Part shown: positions 11,951 to 24,714 of the stretch, piece after piece
Layout of the letters: each line of letters begins with the position of its first letter
Numbering within the stretch: position 1 is the stretch's first letter
Origin: Octopus sinensis
Lineage: Eukaryota
NCBI RefSeq assembly: GCF_006345805.1
Contig: NC_042999.1
Span: 145,700,001-145,764,000 of the forward strand
Direction of reading: 5' to 3'
DNA length: 64,000 nt
The notes under the pieces: generated by a model
What the model saw: the letters and a program-made list of their open reading frames with translations, nothing else
Told to the model about the DNA's origin: nothing
The model's database searches: none
Made by a program: the position numbers and the translations under genes

Positions 11951-12193
11951 ATTACACGATACTACAGGTTTCGATAGTTCAGATTCCGTAACCTCAAATG
12001 CTATTTAAAGTGTTCTTCATTTCAATCAAAGCCGTCAAACTAGGCAAGAATATTTTTGTATTTTCCAGTCTCTTCTTTTGAGAAAATATTTTCTCTTTTG
12101 ATTTCAGAATAGATATAAAACTATTTTTATTATTACGGAGATGTACTCGCATAGCAAGTGATTTGATCTGAGATCGAGTGCTGAAACGAAAAC

Positions 12194-12381
12194 AATTGCA
12201 GCGTGGAAGGTGTTTGTAAGCCATTTAAGAAACACACAAAAGCCGTTCGATTCACTTCAACATTTAAGTTTAATTTGTCAAAGATAAAATTTATTGACAA
12301 ATTAAACTTAAATGTTGAAGTGAATCGAACGGCTTTTGTGTGTTTCTTAAATGGCTTACAAACACCTTCCACGCTGCAATT
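12194..12381. repeat. Perfect 88-bp inverted repeat with 12-nt loop
   Basis: 12194-12281 is the exact reverse complement of 12294-12381. Confidence 0.95.
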
Positions 12382-13248
12382 ATTTTTATTATTCACTATA
12401 CATACCACATACAATTTCCCCACCCATTAGCAACGGGTACTTGACTCTGTGAAAACTATCTCTATATATTACCAATCTAGACTTTAGAAATTAAATCTGA
12501 ACCTCGAGCCCATCACGTTCTCTACCCAGTTCTTTGAAGAATCAAAGTCGATATTGTGAATTATCTAGTTGGACACTTAACACCAAATAAATTTTATCTG
12601 AAAGAATATCCGTTTTATATACAATGTTAACAGGCTCTGCTAGTCAGATGTCTCAGTGAGCAAGGAACGATCTCTTATTCCCTCCCTTTGATTGGTGTAT
12701 TTGATGTGTATTGTTTGTTGTTTGCTTTGAACTAAACACTTAGATGAAGAATTTTTAGGTATCGACACCTTGAGTATATGATATATCACCAATCATCAAT
12801 ACTTCATTTTACATTTCCTTTGAGAACAAAACTTTGTTTTAACGAAGCTTCATTTTGAGAGACAATTACCTGTGAAGATTGCAAAAATATTTCTTTTTCA
12901 TTATTTTGTCACCCTGAATTTCTCACTTAAAGCGAACATCTTTATATGGAATCATTTTCGAACATAAGAAAACAATCAATAAGTCACACATGTTTTTTTT
13001 TTTTTTCGTGTCCTGGAGTATTTACTCATGATATATACTATCATCTCTGGCAACATTTTGAAATCTTTTAAAATTATGATAAACTGAAAAAAAAAAAAAT
13101 TCCTTACGCTTGCTCTCTTATCATGACATCTCAGCGTAATGCAATATCATTATATGCCAAACTAAAGATGATAAAAGTAATAAAAGAAAAACGTTGATGT
13201 GAAATCATTATGGTCTGCATTGTCAAATTTAAAAAACTATAATGAATT

Positions 13249-13562
13249 ATTATTTACATTTGACGGATATTTGTCCTCATCTTGTTTGTTGCTAACACGA
13301 CGTTACGGCTGATGAACCCGCCAGCCGTCATCAGAAGGGAAATTTCGAACTTGGGTTCTCATTCCTAAGGTATCTTTCGAGGTTATTATTATTATTATTA
13401 TTATTACTATTATGATTCAGGTCACTGCTTGGAATCGAACTCAGAATCTTGGGGTTAGAAGCCCGCGCTCTTAACCACTACGCCATATGAAGGGTATATC
13501 AGCCGAAAGGTTGTGTTAACAATAAACAAGATGAGAACAAATATCCGTCAAATGTAAATAAT
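13249..13562 (-). mobile_element. Fold-back element with 65-bp inverted ends, a tRNA-like head and a hammerhead-like motif
   Basis: Arms 13249-13313 and 13498-13562 (6 mismatches). Minus strand: TGGCGTAGTGG...GAGTTCGATTCC head (13487-13420), (AAT)n, then CTGATGA-C-GGCTG...CAGCC-GTAA-CGTC (13334-13296). Confidence 0.7.
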
Positions 13563-13899
13563 GTAAATAACGTACAAAACTCCTCATCTCTTAAATATAG
13601 AACTGTATACTGAATCAATCTGACAAAATAAAATTTCAAGTGAGAGCAACATTTCTAAACTAACACAGGATATCATGTCAACACACAGCTTATTGTTAAC
13701 TAACGCACTGCACACACGCAATAAATCAGGGAAATATGGAGAAAATATGGTACAGTGTCTGATATGGTATAGTATCTGTCACTCGCAACTTTTTCACGCG
13801 ATAGTCAGCAAAAGGAGTCAAATTTATTAACTCACTTGAAATAAGGAAAGAAACCAAAGAAGTAACTCAAACGTCTGTTGACTCTCATGGATGCTTTGA

Positions 13900-14880
13900 A
13901 ACTTTCAACAAGCGATAAAATCTCAACAGCATTCAGATATCAATGGAATCAACAAATGTTAATATCGCAATTTCCAGCGTAATTGGACTGAATTATACAA
14001 TTAGATCTATATTCACCAAGTCTATTTTTAACATAAAGGAATATATAAAACGTTAAAAGCGTTTACTCTTTAACACATTCATTCCAAAGTTGGAAAAAAT
14101 CTACCAGAATATAAAGTAGCAATGTTGTTAGGAGCAAATTGCAATGAGACATGAAACTTAGACTATTTCTTGTTTGTCTTTCTGATATTTCAAGAGCAAT
14201 GAAAGGAGTTTCCGTATCTAGTCTGTTATATGGAAATTTAAGGAAAAAAAACAGATTGACCAATGGTTATTTGAACATATTTATGAACCAGTGAGAAGAA
14301 TTCGAACCTAAGAAACACCTCTTTTTGATAATGTTGCTGATCGTCCTCCAAATAATCTCACTTCGTTCCGCTCAAACATACATGCTGAAGTTGTACTTAT
14401 TCTACCAAACATAACTTCGCTACCACATTACAGATCAGGGAGTTATTTCATATTAGCAGAATTTTATGATATATTAGTAGAATTTTGCAAATAATGAGGA
14501 ACAACAATTCAACAAAGAATTCTGGTAAAAATAGATTTTGTAAGCCTAAGGATAAAAGAACATACTTAGAAAAATCTTACGTGCATGTATCTGAGATATG
14601 CGTGTGGAAGAACGTCATATCCAAATTTATGGAATAGGATAGGGGATAAAACTGCCAGTCAACAATAACTTTGTAAAAATGGCATAGGAAATGGTGTTCA
14701 GAGAAGTCATGCAGCTGATATTCACGATTCCTTGGATGGTAATTAGAAGAATCTCACTTGTGAACATCAAAGAGTAAATAGAACCAGAAATGTCTAAACC
14801 AGACAGTAAAGAAGTGAAGAAGATATTTTTGCACAACTCGTGTAAGCTTCGTAACTTAGCGCAAATCCTTATTGAATTGA
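13900..14880 (+). mobile_element. Highly decayed pogo/Tigger-type DDE transposase
   Basis: Fragments KVAMLLGAN, LFDNVADRP..NIHAEVVLILPNITSL and DQGVI (about 14330-14450) resemble RLTLLLGGN, LLDNAPGHP...VVFLPPNTTSL.QPMDQGVI; many stops and frameshifts. Confidence 0.6.
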
Positions 14881-15463
14881 TTGATAATAACGTGTAGCAT
14901 TCAGAATACGATCACAATTTTGATCTGTAATGACAGAACTGAATTATTTATTATCAGGCGAATCTGGAAGCTTGGGAGTTTAAGGATTGGATTACATATA
15001 ATTTTCCTTTGAGACTTTTCTTTCTAAATAAATTATGTATATTTCTTATGAAATATATAATTTTCTAGCAACAAAGTTTTCCCCCCACGCGCGCACACAC
15101 ACACAAACAAACAAACATAGGGGCATTGTAAACGTACTGTGTGTCAAATAAGTATATATATTTTTTTAAATAAGTAAAACAACTAATTTGCACAAAGTAC
15201 TGTTTTACCTTTCTCTGGAGACGATGTAAGTGAGGATGAAAAAAGTGGAGCCTATTAAGTTTGTTATTTGAAACTTATGCTTTGACATTTAACATCATCA
15301 CCAGATCATCTCTATTTAATAACGTGATGCAAATTATTGATATCTGTATTATGACTGATGTGCACGTTGTGTTCAGAAACAATGACTACTCTTTTTTTAA
15401 TCATCAAACAGTAAAGATCAGTAAGTGCTATTGATTTTATGACAATTATACAATTATAATTAA

Positions 15464-15604
15464 AGGCACAGAAAGTACCATGCTCATATGCTGAAAATAG
15501 ACGCTAAATCGTCGAATCACTTTAAATCATTACTGTGATGATATAAAATGGTTCGACGATTTAGCGTCTATTTTCAGCATATAGGCGTGGTACCCTCTGT
15601 GCCC
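15464..15604. mobile_element. Hairpin MITE with TTAA flanks and RR...YY termini (Kolobok-like)
   Basis: ttaa|aggcacag...ctgtgccc|ttaa; about 55-60 bp of imperfect inverted repeat with a perfect core atatgctgaaaatagacgctaaatcgtcgaa. Confidence 0.6.
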
Positions 15605-16302
15605 TTAATTATAATTGTATGTATGTATGTGCGTATTTATGTATATGTCTGTGTGTGTACCGGCGTGCATGAGTGAAGCAAGGAAGTGAAAAGTACAGTG
15701 ACATAGAGAAGCAGAGATGTATAAATATATCTTACACTTTTCTTGCTTTTCTCGTCTTTCAGCTAGATCGCGGTAACTCTCTTTAAAGCTAAAGGTGGTA
15801 ACTTGCATTTTCTTCATTTTTGAATTGAAATTTTATTGAAAGTACTATAGGAATTTCAACCGTGTTTCGTGGTTTATTTCCACAACAGCTCTTTTATAGG
15901 GTCCAGTTAGCTCAAGACATCATCAGGAGGAAACACATCCGGTTTCGGCCCCTACTCCTCTACCGTTTTGACGTGGCGCCCCACCTTCCTTTGGGAGGTG
16001 TCTTCAGCACTGGTGTTGGGTGCATGTCTTTTTTCTTCTTCTTTCTTCTGTTCCCTTGCCCTCTTCAATGTAGGGTCAACGAGTGTCAGCGGACGACTGA
16101 CTGTTTTAAAGTTTTCCTTTAAATACCTGCTGCTAAATTATAACAATTTAGACCAGTCTAGAACATTACGTTTTTGCTACCAGATAAATAACATGACACC
16201 AATGCTGGTTCCATTTTAAACCTGATAATATATATTCTTTTATTCTTTTAATGTTTCCACGCAATTCATCGCATCATTGCTGGGTCAATGTCTTAAAAGT
16301 TG

Positions 16303-16520
16303 AAAGGAGGCGAGCTGGCAGAAATGTTAGCACGCCGGGCGAAATGCTTAGCAGTATTTCATCTGTATTTACGTTCTGAGTTCAAATTCCACCGAGGTTG
16401 ACTTTGCCTTTTATCCTTTCGGGGTCGATAAATTAAGTACCCGTTGCATACTGGGGTCGATCTAATCGACTGTCCCATCCCACAAAATTTCGGCCCTTGT
16501 GCCTAGAACAAAAAAGAATA
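16303..16520 (+). mobile_element. SINE family A with 12-bp target-site duplication
   Basis: tcttaaaagttg at 16291-16302 and 16521-16532. Confidence 0.9.
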
Positions 16521-16749
16521 TCTTAAAAGTTGTAGTCAATTATATTGAATTTTGTACTTATTTGAATCTGAAACAGCTCACTTATCAGTATCTACGGAAC
16601 ACCGAGGTAACTTGATGTAATGAGACGTAGCTTCAACATAGGAACAGTCATAGGCACAGATTAACACATCTTTATTTGCTTGTGCGTACGTGAGTATATA
16701 TATATATATAGAGAGAGAGAGATGAGAATATATATATATATATATATAT

Positions 16750-16780
<31 letters not shown>

Positions 16781-17106
16781 TATATCTATATATATGTAAA
16801 TGAGAATTTGTTTTGGGGTTTGAAAAAGTAGCGGAATCTCAAAATGTATAGTCGTTTTTAAATGTTGTAATAAATTTATTCAAATACCAAACCTGTTTCA
16901 ACAATTTTTTGCTTATGAAAAGTAAGAATAAATAAATAAATAAAGAGTTTAGGAGAGTTTAAATTTACAAAGGAGAATTCGGAAAAGCATGTTTAAATGA
17001 TTAAATTTTCAAATGTTTATGAAATATGTACGTATATGTGTGCATACATGCATGCATTCATACGTACGTACATATCTACATATACATACATACATACATA
17101 CATACA

Positions 17107-17193
<87 letters not shown>

Positions 17194-17344
17194 GTATTCA
17201 TATATACATATACATACATTCAAACACACACACACACACATACACACACACACATATATATATGAACGTATGTATGTTAGGAGAAAGATAGTGTAATTGT
17301 TATTCCAAAATTATATCATGCCTCTTGATTATTTGATTATTTGT

Positions 17345-18060
17345 CTACTTGTCTATTAATCAGCGCTACATCACTTGTGGACGCAGATTCAAACACTTGA
17401 CCATATTTCCCTCCAGGCTGATCGATATGACATTTCGCGGCCTAACTCTACTAATTTTAGCGGTCTTTGTCTTTGATCGTCAGGCTGACGGGTAGTAAAG
17501 ATCCGTCTAGTGACTTGTTTGGTATATGGACGGCATAGATGTTAAAGGTTTATCACAGAAGTCTAGTGTATGTGCTAACTAGTGATCTTTGTTGCGCCAT
17601 CGTAAGAGATCAACATTCAGCGCCGTAGAGCTGGACAGATTCTGCTGTAGGTTGAAAGAGTCGTATGTTGTGATGCTTGTCTATAGTTTGTCGGTTGCTG
17701 ATCATATCAACACCAGTGTTGGTGGAGCGAATACGCGACCCCAGGTAGCAGAAATCGGCAGCTAATTCTGTTGGCCCGGATCAATGTGTAAGATCAGCCA
17801 CACCAGTACTTTCATCAATTATTTTGGTCCTTATTTTCATGTGGTTTATTGAGGCACCAACTTCAGTGGCAGCCAACTTCAGATTTGCGAGGAGGGTTTG
17901 AGCATTTGTGATTCTTTATGAAACAAGTGTGATGTCATCAGCGAAGTCGAGGTCAGTAAGGTCCAATGCTGGTATCTGAACTAGGCATATCTCTCCGTCC
18001 TCGTTGAGATTCAGTCGTCTAGCATCGTACATCACTGGCCTCGACTATATACTTGTACGT
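17345..18060 (-). mobile_element. RTE-clade LINE reverse transcriptase remnant
   Basis: Minus-strand LDLTDLDFADDITLVS (about 17925-17965), DFCYLGSR and LYGAEC motifs; disrupted frames. Confidence 0.85.
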
Positions 18061-21000
18061 GACTATGTCGATTGAAGTTGGATAGTTATTATATGTAACA
18101 TCTTGATACGGCAATTGAATATAAGTTCAGAATGTAAATGGTTATGTGCATCAATATCTGCGCTAGTATTTTATGTGACAACAATAACAGGCTTGGCTGC
18201 GATATTTTGCTGCTACAATATGAACGAAAGACCTTCTGGATACTAATGAAAAAAAAAAACAAAAACAAAAACAACAACAAATTACGGGTATATTTTCGTC
18301 AATATCTTGTACGAGCGTCACCTAAGAGATTTGGCAATAGTGAAACCTCTTAAAGTTAAGGAATTTTAACAACCTAAAATTTGTGATATGTTATCAATTT
18401 CACCCTAAAATAAATGATAGTTGCTGAAAATATCACATTCTTATATTACAAAATCATGTGACTAAATTTATTCGATGCTATTATCAAAGTTTACGCGACT
18501 GAGTTTGTTTTTACGATTCTGATAAACTAGAAACCCGAAGGACACGGTGTAGAAAATGAGATTCCTACAATACATTCAATCGTCTGGGTAACGAAGCATT
18601 AGAATATGTTGACGATGAGATGATCCGAAGCTTCATGTATGCACTGAAATCTTTTCTCTAATGCAAGTGCTTTCTAAATTTCTAAAGAAATTTCTAATGA
18701 CTGAAATTAATACAAACAGGAAACGAAATTGTTCTTCATGTTATAACTCTGTCACATGTTGACTGAAACAAGTATAAATGTCATTTTGAGGATGAAATGA
18801 TGATCCAAGAAAAGTTCTGCTTTTGCTAAAGCGGAATGGCAAAATGAATTATTTTCAGCCAGTTTGTACATCTATAAAAAATATTAGAGGAAATTAAAAG
18901 AAGATTCTATAAATATTCGTAAAATTGACGTAAAATACACTATAATTATAGATGCAAAACCATGTTACCATGAAATTCGATCACACGCCATGAGTTAAAT
19001 GAGTATAAATAATAATAACTTAGAATTTTAGATTTAAATAAACCATAATTTGAAACTTGTGATTTCAAACTAAGGCAATTTGATGTCGGTCATTGAAATG
19101 TTTGGAAACTTTGACGACGATTTAATACAAGTTTATTAGAGAAAAGTGGTGGTAAATGTTATTTTTGTTGAATATAAAACAAATGATAAAATTAAAACAT
19201 TCATTCATGAGACTGAAGCTTTCAAGACTAATTTGAAGATTAAGAAGATTTAAGGTTAAAATTCTTCTCAAGGATCAAGCCATGTAGTTTTTTTTTTTTT
19301 TAGGCATGACAAATAACTAAGCCATTAGTCAGAGCGAAAGAGTGAATAATAATTCATGAACGTTTAAAAATTCAAATCATTTAAGATTTCCTCTCAGATT
19401 TAGTAAACAGGCTTATGATTTATCAATTGTGCTAAAGTTGGATAGAAATCTCAGAATATATGAAGACTATACAGTAGGCGTAAATAAAAGGATTTATTCA
19501 GACCCCCATCCGACTTTGAATACTGAATTGATACTTTATCTTCCTGGCAAGAAATATTTCTCTAAATTAATTTTAAAGATTCATATCATCAGATAGGAGT
19601 TCTGAAGTGAGAGAAATTCCTACGATAATTACACTGATGAACATGTTTGAAATGAATTTGGTAATATTAATATTTATTATAATATATTTGATTTGCCCCC
19701 ACCCCCTTTTTTTTCAAAACACTCTTGAAAATCCTCATATCAAGGTAGATAAGATTGGAGATTGTTATAATTAATAGGAGATTGTTATAATTAGGTATTA
19801 TGATCAATCAAACAATCTCTGTTAGAGTCCGATGAAGTGTCCTGTTTTGAATATCAGCTGTAAAAGGAAAGGATATCAGCACGTCATTGTTTAGGAATTT
19901 AGATTACGGATTTAAAATCGCCAAAGGAATTGAAGCAATTAGAATCCATTCATGCACTTTTTAATAGTTATTTTCTATGGCAGATTTATTAATTTTTTTA
20001 TTCAAACTGTATAACGCCTGTGGCATCAGCTCGTAAATGTGACATCTTATTTTCGTGGGTGCCCAACAGCAAAAGTTATTTGAACATATAAAAGTAGTGC
20101 CATTATATAAGCCAACCATCTTGATTCATGATATCGCAAAAAATAAGCACAAGTGAAGGATATCAAGTTACATCAATCAGTGTTACACAGAGTCGAGTTA
20201 ACCATCGGATTAAAGTCTACCTGGCGTGTAAATTTATATGATACAAATCTGGGATTAAAGATTTAGAATTATACATAACTTACTGTTACAGCATACATTA
20301 TAACATGGTATTAGAAAACGCTTTTCATTCAAATTTCTGTGCACTTAAAATCTAAATATGTAAACTCGTTTTAGGTGGTCCGATTGAATCATTTCACATA
20401 TATGTTGCACATCGCCTCACCGTGACCTCGTATGAGTGGCCCAATAAATTTCAATAAAAATATTTTTGTCATTTCAGGCATACGCACTTGGGCTAATGCT
20501 ATGAATTCTTAGGACTACATCAATAAAAAGAAGCTTTTAGTATTTATTTGAATGCGAACGAGATGAGGCAGTGCTATTAATGCGTTATATTTGAGGAAAT
20601 GCCTAAAGTATGCAGCAAGAAAACTTATGCTGTAGATAAGAATAGCTGTTTTAGATGAAAACTTCAGAAGTAATAAGAGTAGTAGAACAGTTATTAAATT
20701 GTATTAAGCAGGTACATTATCATCAAACAGATTTTCTGTTAGAAGCAAGTTGATTTATAAAAGGTTGCTTCGAATCGTTAAAACCACCCATTAATGCTGC
20801 ACTTTGTATGTGAGTGCATATGTGGTGCGGCAATCGCCTAATGAAAATTAGACTTAGGATGTAAAAGGTAGGACAAATATCTATATGAATTGTAGTTGTA
20901 ATCTAGTTACAAACGTGTGATCTCGGTGGTTTAAAAATAGGTGAAACTGGAAAGAGTTAAGAGGAGGTAATTAAATTTAGAATGTAGTAAGAGAGAATGC

Positions 21001-22276
21001 TGTTGATTGAAGTTAGTATGGTTGAATGTAATAATTTGACAATACTGTAAGGTAAATAGGCAGCTACTAAGGAATTACAATATTGAAGTATATAGCAGAA
21101 TATTTTATTTAAAGATAAGTATTATTAGAAAACAGTGTGTAGCTTGTTATGGGGAACAGAAATAAAGATAAAGTTGATACAAATTTGTAAAAATATAAAG
21201 TAAAAACATATAACGGGATACAACTGGACATCAAGGATATTTCAAGGGTCTCACGTAACTCAAGAACCTTGAGTTTTGTAACTTCTGCGAACTAAAAATA
21301 AATAGAAAATATTTATTCTTTTGAGTTTAGTCATTTCTATACGTCTTAGAGAAATCATAGAAATGAACATGCCTTATAGTATGGTACTGGTACACTGTCC
21401 AAAATTCCAAAGCATGGAGCTGGCAGCTTTGTTTTGATATCTTTTCAAATATCTGGACTGTGCCGGACACTATGCCACAGTCTTCTAAGAGCTGAGATCA
21501 CATTGCCATTTAATAAAGTGAGTTAATTCTTCCTAATTCATAACATTTTTAATATCAAGGGAACTTAGCTTCATTTGTCTTTGTCAAATAATATTTTTGC
21601 TAAATCGTCTCAGATTGGAGTAGAATCCAGAAATATATGAAATGCCGTATGCAATATAATTACGATTATTTGCACAAGATGAGTGGAGCATTCAGGCCTG
21701 CGTCAATTGATGCGCTAAGTCTCCTAACAACTTTGGGCTCACTATCGGCATAGCAAAAACAAAGGCACTGCATTAATCTATCGCGGTATGTGTAAGGTAT
21801 GCATCTTTTGGAAGATGTAAGCTGAACTGAGGTGGTAAATTAGGAGAGAATCAGACTTTTAAAATTCCTTGCAGGCTTTAAGCTTACCACCCCAAAGACA
21901 GCTGGTAAAAAAGAGAAGAAATATATAATTTTAGATAATGTTGGTTCCCTAATTCAGATCATGGGATGACGAAAGAATACAATCATCATTATCATAATCA
22001 TCGTCAACGTTAACCTCTAATCACCATGACCTTTACCACCCCGATCGCTCTTCCTCATCCACCCAGAACAAGAAAAACACTTTCTCTATCATTAGCAAAA
22101 GAACTATCTCCAACACATGTTGCAATGGCCGTTCCTCCTCCTCCTCCTCCTCACCTCTTTCACCCCTTCTCCCCTCCCTTCACCTCATCTTCCACTTTCT
22201 TCCCAAGCACATCATCATCTGTGACAGAAGCAGCAGTGAAACAGTACCAACGTAAAGAACAGAAGCAACATCTTCC

Positions 22277-22406
<130 letters not shown>

Positions 22407-22439
22407 AGAGAAACAGAAATAAAAAGACCTCGAAGAATG

Positions 22440-23120
22440 TCATCTTTCTTTGATATTTAATTGGCAAAAATCTGAGGAAACATTATTCTGATCATCGTTA
22501 TTAGCATCGTCGCCAATATCATCAGCAGTTTTCTTACAATTATTATCAACATCACAATCATCATTATCATCATCGCGAATAGCAATGTCATCGTCATTAT
22601 TATCATCTCTAACACCATCGACAACGTTATCATCATCATTATCGTCATCACCATCGATTAAAACCATCATATAATCTTTATCGTCGACACCAACACAGTC
22701 GTTATTAGCATCATTATCAACATCATCAAAACCATAATTATCATCTCATGAAAAAACATCGTCCTTATACTATCACTCCTAATACCATTGCCACCACCAC
22801 CACCACCACCACTACCACCACTACCAACACTACCATCATCATCATCATCATCATCACCAAAGCCATCATACCATCCTCGTCACTGTCATCAACATCAGCC
22901 ACCACCTTGTCCTTTCCAGCAGACCCAACAGCATTACCTTCATGATAATGATGATGCTGATGATGATGATGAAGATGACCATGATGATGATGATCATCAT
23001 CATCATCATTATCATCATCAATATAATATCATCTTCAAGCTCATCATCATCTTATATTCACTACCGTCATTATCGCTGAAATCGTCGATATCATGATCAC
23101 CACCACCCACCACCCACCAC
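22440..23120. repeat. (ATC)n/(ACC)n/(GAT)n low-complexity region
   Basis: Direct reading; accounts for the poly-T, poly-H and poly-D ORFs in the track. Confidence 0.85.
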
Positions 23121-23359
23121 CAGTCGTATTGATATTGAGTTCTCATTGTCCTCTAATTTACTTATTGATCAGATATGCCTTAATCATTGTAATTCCCTTG
23201 GCTGCAATTAGAACATATTGCCTAGCTTATATTTCGCAATCTGTCTCTACAATGTTTGCCATTAGATAGATGTACCGCACCTTTTATTGTTCGACATTCT
23301 CTATTTATGTATGCATTCTCTATTTATGTAAACTCACGCGTTCGTTTAGTGTTTTACAT

Positions 23360-23525
23360 GTTTCAGTCATTAGACTGCGGCCATGCTGGAGAACCGCCTT
23401 AAATGCTTTTCTTTTTTGTCGAAGTAATCTACCTCAGGACTTATTCTTTGTAAGTTATAGGGACGCAAACACACCAGCATCAGGTGTCAAGCGATGGCGT
23501 GGGTACAAACATAGACACACAAGCA
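23360..23525 (-). mobile_element. SINE family B, 3' half
   Basis: cagtcattagactgcggccatgctgg...ggacttattctttgtaag...acaccagcatc. Confidence 0.7.
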
Positions 23526-23657
23526 TAAATAAACACACACATACATACACATGCACCCCGCCCCACACTTATATAATTCAAATTTACACAAGACGAATAC
23601 AGGTATAGGAACAACAAGTAGGTGTATTAGTTTAACACTCGGAAAGAATGGAAAAGT

Positions 23658-23693
23658 ATTTAATGTTTCGGGACTACGCTCTTTGACAGAAAG
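23658..23693 (-). ncRNA. Degenerate hammerhead-like motif, same family as 27698-27733
   Basis: Minus strand CTTT-CTGTCAA-A-GAGC-GTAG-TCCC-GAAA-CATT-AAAT; core mutated. Confidence 0.3.
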
Positions 23694-24114
23694 GATTAAG
23701 GGGGTGGGGAGAGAATGGGAAAAAAAAAACAGAGAGAACATTTTTTTTACAGGGATTAATGGTTCAACATGATGAAATAGCCAGAAGAAGGCTGAATGAA
23801 AGGGAGATAATTACGATGACCCGGCCGAACAAATTTATTCTCGCGCGCGTGTAAGTGAGAATGGTGTGCTTGTGTATGCATGTATGAATGGCGGGTTAGT
23901 GTGTGAGTATGTATGCGTGAGCGAGCTGAAAAATATGTGGACTTGTGTGTGTGTGCGTGTGTGTAAATGACTTACATGTACTGGTATGTATGAGTGCGGT
24001 TATCGTGTGTGTGTGCAAACGCATTGGCATGGGTGTGTGTGTATGTGTACAAGTAACCTAGCATCTACAACACATTTTGTATAGTTTTGGCTTTCGAATG
24101 ACGCCACGCCGCTG

Positions 24115-24306
24115 CTTAGGTGTGCAGGCCAACATTCTCACTGATCTGAGGGCTAATGTGTCGCAGGGTTACCCATTTAGGGAGTAGTGGACGGGAGCAA
24201 CGTGAATTGGAAATTTTTGCTCAAGAAACAACACACTGGTGGGTCTGGCATTCAATCCCTCGATCTGGAGATTGTAAGTGCAACACCCTAACCAGTAGGC
24301 CACGAT
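24115..24306 (-). mobile_element. tRNA-derived SINE, third family
   Basis: Minus strand gtggcctactggttagggtgttgcac...ttgagcaaaa...ttcacgttgctcccgtccact; A-box-like start. Confidence 0.55.
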
Positions 24307-24333
24307 CCTTTGCAGAGACCCTTTCCCCCACGA

Positions 24334-24379
<46 letters not shown>

Positions 24380-24714
24380 ACTCACGCATACAGATGACCT
24401 GAGAATAACTTTGAAATGCATCCAGTTGTGATGACCTGGCACAGAGTTCCGTGGTTTTGAGGAGTGTTCAATTTCCGTTTAGCAACTATTGTTCCCAGGA
24501 AAGAGTCTCAGATATGAATTAATTAACATATGAACGTCCAATTATGAATCACTCCTATTCCTCGTTAGAAATTCCTCCTAGGAGAAGCTAAGCTCATACA
24601 AAATACCTGAAATGCAGTTGGTTTCTTGACTTTACCTATCTTGTGCCTCTAGAGTTATAGCTCTTTGTACTAAAAAGTGGATTCAATGTTGTACAACACT
24701 CAATACAAGTTCAC

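Noticed and set aside
13420-13487. Functional tRNA gene
   Set aside because: A and B boxes are present but the acceptor stem does not close and it is embedded in a repeat; treated as a SINE-type head.
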